Origin: Felis catus | Taxonomy: Eukaryota | Direction of reading: 5' to 3' | Assembly (NCBI RefSeq): GCF_018350175.1 | Contig: NC_058382.1 | Coordinates: forward strand, 56,050,001-56,114,000 | DNA: 64,000 nucleotides | Shown: positions 49,581 to 60,489 of the stretch, one piece after another | Layout: each line of letters starts with the position of its first letter | Numbering within the stretch: the stretch's first letter is position 1 | Notes under the pieces: model-generated | Seen by the model: the letters and a program-made list of their open reading frames with translations, nothing else | What the model was told of the DNA's origin: nothing | The model's database searches: none | Translations under genes and position numbers: made by a program

Positions 49581-52169
49581 TAATCCAGGGACATCGTTGC
49601 AGTCAGTGGCTGTGATTTGGAAATTGTCAGCTTTTCAGAAACCCACTGAAATCGCATGTTTATCCCGGGCTAGGTCGCCATCAAGTTTCTCCGCTTTGAG
49701 TCAGAATTCTCTCAGCTCAGCTTGGTTATCTCAGATGCTTCTAATTGACAATTATGTATGTCTTTGATTTGGTTTTTAACGTGGCAGGGTGGGGAGGCCC
49801 TGGGAAATGAGGCGATTGTTACTTAGTAACTGCAGTTTGCTTGACCGGCCAGAAGTTTTCAAAGAATGAAAAGCGTCAAAAGGAACCAACCCAAACAATA
49901 CAAAGGTTTCCTATTGAGGAAATGGCTGAGGACTCCAGCTACGGATCTCCTGCCCTGAGAAACATGAGACACAAAATAAACACAAGACAAAACAATCAGA
50001 TCCAAGTCATGTCACTTATGAAATAAAAGGGGAAAAGAGGACACACAGCGTCAGATACACCATACTTCTGTTGGTCCATATGCTTCTGTGGAGCTGGCCT
50101 TGCGAAGACAACCTTCCAATGATTAATTGAATTTCTCACCTTTTGCTCAAATGCCTTGGCCCCTTGGTTTTTAAATAACATCTAAGGGCAAAAAAGACCC
50201 AGAACTTCAGTGAATGACTTTTCACAATGCCATGACATACAGGAATGCCCATGCTCCTAGGTTCTCTCTGTTAACGGTGAAATTATATCAAGGATGACCT
50301 TTTGAGGGAATAAAAGCCATTATCACATGGAACGTGGTAGCTATAAAAGATCAACACTTGGAAGCCAAAGCAAAATCCCACATATGATAAATTAATTAGA
50401 ATAGAAGTTACGCAAACCCTAGACCTTCTGTGTGACCCTTATCTTATAATTACCTCTTCTTTAACAGCGGAATGGAATCTTTTATGTATGAAGATGTTAA
50501 TGTTGACCCTGAATGCATTAAGAGTCAAGGAGACATTTTTCACATATTGAAAATAAGATTTGATTGAGTGCTTGCAAGTGGTCTAGTGAAATCTCATTAA
50601 ACTGCTGTTTATTTTAATTCCTTATAAATGGCAGAATATTAGCCATTAATTGTGAACATGAAACCAGTTAGAAAACAGGTTTTGTAATATCTAGGGCTTG
50701 CTTTTCAACCCGAATTAATGCACCGTCTTTCTTAGAGTTTTTAGTGTCTTAGAGCAAATGGGTATTTAGGTGTAAGTTTTCATTTCCTCCTCCCCTCCCT
50801 CCTGCTTCTTGTTGCTCTCTCAACATGGTTACAAAATCCAGATGAAAAACCACAAAATGCAGTCTACTAAATATATCTATAGGCTGTGTGAAGTCTGCTG
50901 TCACTGTTCACAGTTATAATTAGATTTATAAATTATGTGCGAGATTCACAGGGAAACATACGAATCTAGTATTCTTTCAAACTACTACCAACACAGAAAA
51001 GTAAAAATAAGAAAACAGTTACACAGTGGCCTTCTATTAACCATGTGAGGGACTTAGGCCGCTTTCATAATCAATGGGGATGGAAACAGATTCCATTTGG
51101 TCCTTCCCTGTGTCCAGGGAAGAGCCTAAAGCCATGCAAGCCGCTTGATGGAACCTATCTGCAGTCTACCCCAGGCCCATAGAATTCTCAGGGGCCACCT
51201 GAGCCAGCACCAAGGCTTGCAGAAACCCCGCTCCAAGCAAGCAGACAACACAGGGGCTACTTAGGAGAGAAAATGGGGTCTGACCACCCTGAGGCCATTA
51301 TGTATTTTCACATGTGATGCCATTATAATGCAGAAGGATCCTACATTGAAGCCTAGGGCTGATGAGTAACAATGCTACTGGCATTTTGTATTTAATAAAA
51401 CACCTTTCTCCAGAAATGTATTACTGGCCCCCTGGGCGGGGAATTGTCTCTGAACCCAATCAGGATTAGTCACTGGCCTGTGACTATCTCATTTTTAATA
51501 AATAATAATTTTCTCAATTTGGTGCTAGCCAGCTCATGTGCTTTCAGAAGGCAGGATATGACTGCTTTGTATTTTCTATACCAATAACCCTTGGTGTCGG
51601 AGGATTAACCCTTGATGTGCTGAATGCAATTTCTGCTACTGGATCCTTGGGGGTCTTTTTTGTCCCCTCCACCTGGAAGGCAGCATTTAGCATTCAAATG
51701 AATTTAAAAGGCAGTGCCTGGTGTATGAAAAGCAGAGGGCTGCCCTAGACTGAGATACAATTAATTCTTGGTCAAGGTGTGAAAGGAGAGGCAAGAGGGA
51801 GATTTCACAACCACCGTGAGCTCCCAGTCCATCCAAAGAGCACCTTTTTGGGGCCAAGCGTGGTGTCAGGGCTGTCTGACATTGGTATCCAGACATAAGA
51901 CAGACTCACCAGGAAACAGAGAAAAGAAAAGAAAAAGGCACCTTGCACCAGTGACGCATGGCGATTAACAATGTGAACTTTGGAGTCACCTGAGTTCGAG
52001 TCCCACTTCACCTCTTGGCTGCTGAACCAACCTGGGACCTGAGCCTCGGCTTGCTCACTGCTGTCGTTCACCAAGTATATGTTCACTCCCACAGCTGGCT
52101 TCGCAGAAGTGGACCACTGGGTCCATGGGGCTGAGTATCAGATCTTTTGAAGCACCCTGTGGTCTAGAG

Positions 52170-52367
52170 CAGTGGTCTGCAAACTGTAATCTGGGCCTGC
52201 CACGCATTTGTATGCAATTGCAAGCTAAGAATAGTTTTTACATTTTTAAATGGGTTATTTTAATGCTTATGTAATTACCTACACAGTGTCCTCAATTTTG
52301 ACTCTTGGTCCACAAAGCCTGAAATATTTATTACCTGGTCTTTTAAGACAAAGTTAACAGACTCCTT
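52170..52367. mobile_element. MER58-family hAT-Charlie MITE
   Basis: cagtggtctgcaaactg...gctaagaatagtttttacatttttaaatgg...cacaaagcctgaaatatttattacctggtc; 8-bp flanks gtctagag / ctctggag. Confidence 0.75.
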
Positions 52368-52437
52368 CTCTGGAGCAGCACTGTGTCATAGACATCTAAT
52401 CTGAGCCACATGCACACTTTAAAATTTTCTGGTAGTA

Positions 52438-52630
52438 GGGGCACCCGGGTGGCTCAAAGCCTTGATTGCAGTTCAGGTCATGATCTCACACTTCGTCAGT
52501 TTGAGCCTCAAGTCAGGCTCTGCCGTGACAGTGCGGAGCCTTGCCTGGGATTCTCTGTCCCCCTCTCTCTCTGCCCCTTCCCTGCTCTCTCTCTCTCTCT
52601 CTTAAAAATAAATAAATTAACATTAAATTT
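52438..52630 (+). mobile_element. CanSINE (with internal 5' deletion)
   Basis: ggggcacccgggtggctcaaagccttgattgcagttcaggtcatg; TSD ttttctggtag. Confidence 0.92.
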
Positions 52631-52695
52631 TTTTTTCTGGTAGCCACAATTAATAGAAGTAAAAAGAAACCGGTGATATGAATTGTGATATTTTC

Positions 52696-52887
52696 TTTTT
52701 TTTTTTTAATGTTTATTTATTTTTGAGAGAGGCAGAGAGGCAGAGAGAGAGAGAGGGAGACACAGAATTTGAAGCAGGCTCCAGGCTCTGAGCTGTCAGC
52801 CCGACGTGGGGCTCGAACCCACAAACTGTGATATCATGACCTGAGCCGAAGTCGGCTGCTTAACCGACTGAGCCACCTGGGCACCTC
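52696..52887 (-). mobile_element. CanSINE (feline type, small internal deletions)
   Basis: gaagcaggctccaggctctgagctgtcagcccgacgtgggg; TSD tgtgatattttc / tgtaatgttttc. Confidence 0.93.
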
Positions 52888-53902
52888 TGTAATGTTTTCT
52901 TTAACCTGACATGTAAAAAGTAGTATCATTTCAACATGTAAACAATACAAAAGTCACAAATGAAATATTTTACATTGTTTTTTTCATACCAAGTCTTGAG
53001 ACCCAGTGTGCACTTGGCATTGACTGTACATCCTATGGCACAGGTGGCTTCTGTATCAGAAACGTGCAAACTCTATTGCATTGGAACCAATTTATGCACC
53101 TCCAGACATTCCTAGAGAAAGTGCTGTGCTGTGTAAATTTCAGTTTCCTCTCTCCTGACAAGGTCACAAGGCACCTGGATTTAAAATCCCCAGCTGCCCA
53201 ACCTTTAGATTCAGAGGCTGCGTTCAAAGCTACAGCAGACTTTCTGGGGGCAGTGAATGCAGTTGCCTGCCTTATCCCTCGATCGGATGAGATGGTTCTC
53301 TTTCTGCCCCTCCTGTCCCTCTGTCATTGCCAAACCCACTGCTGTTTCCTTGACCCACAAGGGGCGGTAGCTGTGTTTAACCCTAGGATCCTAGATTGTG
53401 AGGAAACACTCTGCCATGGTAGAGCCCACCCATGGCCTCCTCACCCCTGGTCTCCAGATAGAACTTTCCTCTATCGAAGGTCTCAGCTCACACACAGCAG
53501 GAGGCTGTGATGATCAATCTATATGCATGCTTGCCCCCAGCAAACCGGGGACATTTAATTCTTGGGCAGGGTTTCGTCAGCTCCTTCCGCGTGTGACAAT
53601 AAAATGAATCTATGTCTCAGTCACACCTGGAAGCTTCCCCTGCAAGCACTCCTGGCGATCACGCTCTAAGCCCTGGAGCCTCCGTGTAGAGCAAAGCCTC
53701 ACTGGCTCTGGCCCCGCTCGGGAGCCGTTGCCATGATTCACTCGCACCATCCGTCGTGAGTCTTCAGTAAAAATGTTGGAAGTGTTTTCTTCCTTTGTGG
53801 CTTTCCAGGGCTTTGGGTACAAATATGAGCTCTGACTGTGGAAGATGCTTCATTTGTGCTTGTTGATTAAGTGAGTGATTAAATGGTGAATCATTTCACG
53901 CT

Positions 53903-54090
53903 GTGAGGGTTTCAAACTTGAGTGGGCATCGGTGTGACCCAGACGGCGTGTGAAATGCAGATTGCCGGGTCCCGCCTCCCGAGTTTCTGACTCAGAGGGG
54001 CTGAGGTGGGGCCTGAGAATCTGCATTGCTGATAAGCTCCCAAGTCACGCAAAAGGTGCCGGTTCAGAGACCACACTTTGAGAACCATCC
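53903..54090. mobile_element. MER5A hAT-Charlie MITE
   Basis: gtttcaaacttg...gcagattgccgggtccc...ggtggggcctgagaatctgcatt...gaccacactttgagaacca. Confidence 0.85.
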
Positions 54091-54229
54091 GTCTCAAATG
54101 TAGTATGGCCTTATTTTCTTTTGGTTCTGACTGATACCTATCCTCTTATCACCCCTTCTACCTCTGGTTGAAATTCTCTGTCTGCATACCTTCTCAGACA
54201 AGTTACCTGGTTCAGGGTCTTCTCCAGCT

Positions 54230-54527
54230 TAAATCTTTTATATAATTCTTTTTTTTTTTTTTTTAATGGAGCCATATTCTCTTTAGTGTTTGCTAACTTG
54301 TATTTAAATCAGTTTACTATTTGCTACAGATATATTTAGAAAAGAAAATTTCTATCATTACCCTAAGTAGAAAATCAATATTGCTTACTATAAATAGGAG
54401 GTAAGCCTTAAAATAAAGACACAATTACTAAAATGAAAAAAAAGTGTTCATCTGTCTTCTGAGCATACCACTTAAAATTATCTCACATACCACAGCGGTA
54501 TGTGTAACCCACTTTGAGAAATATTGA
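54230..54527. mobile_element. hAT-Charlie fragment (MER113-like)
   Basis: cataccacttaaaattatctcacataccacagcggtatgtgtaacccactttgagaaatattg terminal signature. Confidence 0.55.
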
Positions 54528-54556
54528 TGACAAAAGAGGTCAGGGCTAAAGACCTC

Positions 54557-54625
54557 ATCCACTCATGCTCTGTCTCTCTCTGTCTCTCAAAAATGAATAA
54601 ACATTTTTAAAAAAATGGAAAAAAA
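54557..54625 (+). mobile_element. CanSINE 3' tail fragment (5'-truncated)
   Basis: actcatgctctgtctctctctgtctctcaaaaatgaataaaca plus A-tail. Confidence 0.85.
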
Positions 54626-54833
54626 GAGCGCCTGAGTAGCTCAGTCAGTTCAGCGTCCAACTTCAGCTCAGGTCGCAATCTCGCCATCCATGAGTTCGAG
54701 CCCCGTGTCGGGCTCTGTGCTGACAGCTCAGAGCCTGGAGCCCGCTTTGCATTCTGTGTCTCCCTCGCTGTCTGCCCCTCCCCCGCTCATGCTCTTTGTC
54801 TCAAAAATGAATAAACGTTAAAAAAAAAAAAAA
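54626..54833 (+). mobile_element. CanSINE (feline type, CpG-rich)
   Basis: Full length with gttcgagccc B-box and poly-A tail. Confidence 0.96.
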
Positions 54834-55449
54834 GTCGGGCCTGAAGAGATTTTTTCCCCCCAAAATAATACAAATAAGTTCCAGAAAAAAGGAAATGATA
54901 GCATCTTGCTGGGTTCTGCTGCCGACTTTGAACAGCAGACATCACACTCTGTTATGAGGGCACTGATGCTCAGTCCCTGCATTCTCCAGAGCCTTAGACT
55001 TGGCCGAGGAGGGGGCCTCGCCAACTAATACTTCTCTGTGACCAGGGGAACTGAATTCACCTCAGCCAATAAAGTCATTCCAATTTGCATTTTCATAACC
55101 CTCCCTTCTATTCTCCGAGTGTGACTCATTTTTAGGACAGAGTTATTCAGTCAGTGGATATGCAGTGCCTTTAAAGGGATATTTATCACCCTTGAAAAAT
55201 CTTCTTGCGAAATCTTAATAGTCTTTCTTACAACAAAGTCTCAAATTCACTATCAAGATTAAGAGGTGGAGCTTGAATGAGCTTTGCTGGAGCTTCTCTC
55301 GATAAGACAGATTAAAGTCTTAAAATGGGCACCCCATTGTGGTTGGAAGCCAAAGGAAGGTGCGGAAATGGTCATGGGTTGCCTGCAGGCTGTGTGTGGG
55401 TGAGCCCAGAGGGCACGCCAGAGGGGTGGGGGTTAGTCCACTTGGATTC

Positions 55450-55610
55450 TCCCTTAGGCTCAGCGGTGTAACCTTGAGCGAGGCGTAGAAACTCTCTGCA
55501 TCTTAATGAAGTCATCTGTAAAATGGCAGTAATGGTGATGGGGAGGGGGCTTGCCAAGCTCAGAGACTTGTGGTGAGGTTTCCGTGGGAAAGTCCATGTA
55601 AACTGCTTCC
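55450..55610 (+). mobile_element. MIR
   Basis: gcggtgtaaccttgagcgagg...tcatctgtaaaatggcagtaatg. Confidence 0.7.
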
Positions 55611-55658
55611 CCTGACTTTCAGCGCAAGAGGAAATAAATGAAACATGGATCTGCTGTT

Positions 55659-56174
55659 TGTGCCAAGGGTCCCCAACACTGCTTCCAGGCTCAGTGATTT
55701 GCCAGGAGAATCTACAATACTCAGGATATAGTTGTACTCATGGCTAAGATTTATGACAGGGAGATGATGTGAAGTCCGCAAAGGGAGAAGGTGCATTGGG
55801 TGAAGTCTGGGAAAATCCAGGCACAAGGCGCTTCTGGTAGAGGGTGTGATCATCACTCTGGGAATGAGCTGTGTCGACATGTATGAAATGTTACCAACGC
55901 TCATTAGAGGCTCAGTGCCCAGGGTTTTCTTGGGGGCTGACCACACGTCCACCTTCTGCCCGGTACGTGGCAAAGATCCAGGCTCCCAGAAGGAAACAGG
56001 CGCTCAGCATAAACCACAATATTTTTGCAGAAAGGTTAGGCACAGTGAGACAGCTTTATCGGTTAGGGTAAACCAAAACCCAAGTTCCCAGATGTCAGTC
56101 AAAGGCCAATCTTGCAAGCAGGCCATTCCAAGGCTGCAGTCCCAGGTCTGCTAGATTAACTCTTTTTTTGCGCA
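55659..56174 (-). mobile_element. MER21-like LTR
   Basis: ggtccccaacactgcttccaggctcagtgatttgccaggaga...gttgtactcatggctaagatttat...ctcagtgcccagggtttt...cagcataaaccaca...caagttcccagatgtcagtcaaaggccaatcttgcaagcaggcc. Confidence 0.85.
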
Positions 56175-56239
56175 GCAGCATGGGCCATGAGGCCTCTCCT
56201 AACTCTGGTCTCGTCCACCATGCTGCCCTCTACCCGCCC

Positions 56240-56620
56240 AGGCCTTCTTCCAGTCACTGGGCATACCCCTGCGGCCAAGCCATGCCTTTATATTCACTAT
56301 GGCCTCTGCCTCGAACGCTCTGCCACTCTTCCTGGTGTGAGCAACTCCTCAGCATTCTCCTCTTTAAAGGCACTTCCCAATCCCCCATCACATGCCATTT
56401 CTCCTACCCCACCATTTGTTTCTCATGTCTCTATAGCATGCATCACTCCGACATGATCCTCTGTACTTATGTTTTGCTTGTTCGCTGGTTTCACCTTTAT
56501 TAGAATTAAGTTCCATAAGGACAGAAAAAGGTATATTTTGCTTACTATGTTATCTTCTGTGTCTAGCACAGAAGTGGAAGATAGTAGGTGCTCATTTAAT
56601 ATTTATCACGTGGGAGTTGA
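56240..56620 (+). mobile_element. L2 3' fragment
   Basis: ttagaattaagttccataaggacag...gtctagcacagaagtggaagatagtaggtgctcatttaatattt. Confidence 0.75.
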
Positions 56621-57082
56621 TGATTATGAGATATGTAGTTGTTCTTTATTCCAACAAACTAGACCCCTATCCTTTCTATTTAATAAAGCATTTTCTTTGG
56701 AGGTTAATTTTTTCATTTTTTTAATACTGAACTTACAGAAAATTGACCCAAAAAATAACATGTAGAGGCTGAAATGCCTCTGGGTTTTTTTTTTGTTTTT
56801 TTTTTTTCTTTTAAATCCCATCTTTCCACAGTTGCATTTTCTCTGCAGGAGCCTAATTCACAAAGGGCTGGTTCACGGAAGGCTGCCTGAGAAACTCATG
56901 GTTTTGTTTATACTCACGGCAGTTGTGGGGTGCCTCTGTTTAAAACATGTTGGCCTAGATTCCCCCAGTAGTTCTCCATTTTTGTGACTGGCATCAAAGG
57001 CAAAGAGCAGCTGAAAGGCTTCGTTGGCCCCTCCACGCCCGCTCCCTTTTCCACCTGCCTTTGGGCTTTCGGTAGGCTTAGC

Positions 57083-57304
57083 CCAGGGTTCTGCAAACTT
57101 TTTCCTGAAGGACTCGTTCATACATACTTCCGGCTTTGCAGGCCATAAGGTTTCTGTTATAAACCACTCAACTCTGCCACTGTAGTGTGAAAACAGAGAC
57201 AATAGGTAAATTCATTGAGCATGGCTATGTTTTAATAAAACTTTATTTATAAAAACAGGCAGTAGGCTAGATTTGGCCTGTGGGCCGTGATTTACCAACC
57301 AAGG
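57083..57304. mobile_element. MER58A hAT-Charlie MITE
   Basis: cagggttctgcaaactttttc...ggctttgcaggccataagg...ctcaactctgccactgtagtg...aataaaactttatttataaaaacaggcag...gatttggcctgtgggccg. Confidence 0.9.
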
Positions 57305-57597
57305 CTTGAGTCAGTGGGGGACTAGGACAGAGCTCAGAGGGAAGGAGAGTAAGTTTCCACAGGCTGCTCTGTCCCTCCACTGGGGGTCACAGCTCCTCTC
57401 CGTGAACCCCCTCCTCATAGCTCCCTCTGCTGGGTCTGGAAACCATCTTTCTTCTTGGACCTTCCGGCTTAGGTGAGATAAAGGTGCCTCACTGTTACTG
57501 GGGTGCTGCCCTATGCCTGTGCCCATTCTGCCCAACCCTGCCCCATACTTTTGCTAGTTCCTGTATCCCTTACTCCTCCAATGGCTCACTTTCCTGC

Positions 57598-57693
57598 TGG
57601 GGCTAGAATACCTGGGACTGAGTTTACTGAGATAGGGGATTTTCAGTGCTAAACCCAGATAGTGTCTGAAACACTGGGATAATCGGTCACCTG
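57598..57693. mobile_element. MER81-like MITE
   Basis: cctgggactgagttt...tttcagtgctaaacccagatagt...ctgggataatcggtcacct. Confidence 0.6.
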
Positions 57694-58067
57694 AGCTGGG
57701 ATGGAGCTCTCCTTCCTCCCCAGTCTCTTTTCCACTGCCTTTTCCTGCTCCCAGCTCCTCTCCCTGGGAGACTCACCTTCCTGGCCATCTAACAGATTGA
57801 TACAGGGGCCCAGTGTGGCTCACATTCCTCACCAAGAGCCCCTCTCTGCTTAAGCTCATTTGCCCCTGGAACAAAGTGTGCAGCTGATGTCTACTTAGGG
57901 AGACTCTGGTGTGGTCTCCCAGCCTAGTGTGGAGGACTTTGCCATAACTGTACTTTGCACTGTATAATGTTCAAAGAAGATCTCTTCTCTACATTTTACT
58001 ATTGGGGAAATAATACTATTTTTTTTTTTCCTAAGAAGAATCAAACTTACTTTAAAAGAGCAGTAGG

Positions 58068-58294
58068 GGGGCGCCTGGGTGGCTCAGTTGTTGTGCATTC
58101 GACTTCGGCTTGGATCATGATCTCACAGCTTGTGGGTTCGAGCCTCGTATCATGCTCTGTGCTGACAGCTCAGAGCCTGGAGCCTGCTTTGGATTCTGTG
58201 TCTCCCTCTCTCTCTCTCTGTCTCTCCCCCTGCTTGTACTCTATCTCTGTCTCTCTCAAAAATAAATAAAAAACATTAAACATTAAAAAAAAAA
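58068..58294 (+). mobile_element. CanSINE (feline type)
   Basis: ggggcgcctgggtggctcag head; gacagctcagagcctggagcctgc segment; aataaa tail. Confidence 0.96.
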
Positions 58295-59898
58295 GCAGGA
58301 TTAGCAGAAACTTTCACTATTACATTAATCCAGTTTGAGATGAACAATTCCCAAGGACTGACTCATGAAATTTCAGGTAATTGAACTTGTGGACCCAAAG
58401 AGATATGAGAAAAAAATATATAATGTTCTTCTCAAACTATTTTTGGCTCGGATGTTTTCTTTCTTCCCAGCTCAAAACCTGACAAACGTTTGCTTCATGG
58501 AGAGAAGATACTGGCTTATCCACACCTCAGTTTAATGCAGTGCTGATAATGGGAGGGGTTCGTGACTTAATACACGTGCATCTACATTTACCTTTTTTGT
58601 TTGTTTTCAGTGAGAAGCAAGTTGAAGAGGCTTCTCGCCTATTAGAGAGATTAGAGAGGAGGGTGTTCGTTTGACACTGCAGTGAAGCCGAAGGAGGGGA
58701 TGTCCTCTGTCTTTGGAGACTGGCAATAAGCCACTTTGATTGCCCTAAAATGTTTGTGCCTTTGAGCAAGCTAGCTAAGAGGAAGGGCCTGATTCTCTGA
58801 GAAAAAATGAACTTGAGTAACGGAGCAGGCTGACTCAGCTCCTCAGAATCCAGAAGACAGTAAATACGGAAACAGTTTCAAGAGGAGAATACTGTAGACT
58901 TTTTTATGCTGGTGGTGGTTTCACTATGACAGACAACTTCTCTGCAACCCATTCGAGGGAGACTCTTTTCCTAAGAGTATGCATGAAGCTCAGGGGCTGG
59001 GGGGCCGGAAGGCAATGTGAAATGAATGAAGAGGCCTTGGTAAGGAAAAATACGTCCAAAAACCATGAGGGCACACCAAAAATCACTTACAAGTTTAATT
59101 TAGGACACCAAGAGCACAACTGAGGTAATAAAAGGCAAATGGTACATGCCTCTGGGGGACCACCAGGGAGGGCCTAGACTGTGGTCATCTAAGGATGAGG
59201 TTCTGCCCGTCAGGAGAACGCTTGACTCCAGTCCCAGCACTGTTTCAAGCCCAAGTACTTAGTGAAAATCCTTGATATTTAAATGTTAGCAATTAATCCA
59301 CATTCTAAAGGCCATCTCACAGGTACAGTGGCCTTATGGGACCTGCTGGCCATCAGAGTCTGCACCCTCTCTGTTAGAGCCTGTTTGTCCTTGGAGCAAA
59401 GTCTACAGTCGATGTTTGACTATCGAGGGAGACTCTCGCCTGACTGCCACATCTGTGTTCTGAACATTAGCAGTACCATAGACAAACTTTCAAGGTCAAA
59501 TTGATTACCCTCCAGCTTAGCAAAGCAGCAGCTCCCTAATTATGTCAGAAGGCAGGATTATCTCTGATCATTCGAGCTAGGATTCTGGATAAAACATCAA
59601 AAGCAATATTTAAATAACACGTGGTCGTGAATCAAGGATTCATTGCATTTTTCTCTTGCTAAAGAAAACAAAAAAAAAACAAAAAAACAACGGATTATGG
59701 TGGGCCATTTTGCTTCGTTAGTAAGGATTTTCCAGGCTGTTTTAACTCCTAGGTATTATAACACCATCCTTGATTACACAGTGTCACCATGGGAAAGTGT
59801 CACCATGGTGTCATGGTGGTTCCTGTTCGTAAAGTCCCTGCAAAAATCCAGGCAAGTTCTTAGCTCACACAACCCAGAATTAGGAACTGGCATAGCCA

Positions 59899-60092
59899 AT
59901 GCAGTGCTGGAACTGCTCAGCTCATGGGAGCTAATTGTGTGCACATCTCTTCCCCAATTCTGTATGCAGTGACCACATTGGTCACTCAAAATTGACCATG
60001 ATGGGAATATTTGCACCATGGAAATCAGAAAATGTTACAAATCAAGGCATTTCTTTATCGAAGAGCTGGTTGTTAAATACTTACCAGGATTC
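59899..60092. mobile_element. MER63A-like MITE
   Basis: ctaattgtgtgcacatctcttcccc...gggaatatttgcaccatggaaatc...gagctggttgttaaatacttaccag. Confidence 0.8.
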
Positions 60093-60288
60093 CCTTGGGT
60101 ATTCCTCATCCTGGATGGCCTCCCTGTATTTCTTCCTTGTAACCTGAGGCCACCTTGTGTTCCATTTACACATCATATTACAGTCTTGCTTACTACTCTA
60201 GACCTATGAAGCAGAAGAAAGCTGCATATTACGTTGTTTTCTAGTTTCTATCTACTCAAGAATTCTTGCCTTTTAAAAATAAAGTTGT

Positions 60289-60376
60289 GGGGCTTGGTTA
60301 AGCATCCGACTTCAGCCCAGGTCATGATCTCACGGTTGGTGAGTTCGAGCCCCACTTAGGGTTCTGTGCTGACAGA
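60289..60376 (+). mobile_element. CanSINE 5' half only (3'-truncated, head internally deleted)
   Basis: ggggc-ttggttaagcatccgacttcagcccaggtcatgatctcacggttggtgagttcgagcccc...gtgctgacag, then unique sequence. Confidence 0.88.
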
Positions 60377-60489
60377 CTCGGTCCTGAGACATCAGAGTCA
60401 TTCTGAGTAATCACTACTCGCAGCACAGAAGAGGAAGTTCATGGATCACCATCGTTCATACTCCTTCCCACTGTGCATCGTCCTTTGTT

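Larger units (their letters stand above)
52376..53068. mobile_element. MER33-like hAT-Charlie MITE interrupted by two SINEs
   Basis: cagcactgtgtcataga...tttaaaattttctggtag[SINE]ccacaatt...gtaaaaagaaaccggtg[SINE]...atcatttcaacatgtaaacaat...gaaatattttaca. Confidence 0.75.

Noticed and set aside
53621..53755. 135-nt AG...GTGAGT candidate coding exon
   Set aside because: Stops in all three + frames and a weak polypyrimidine tract.
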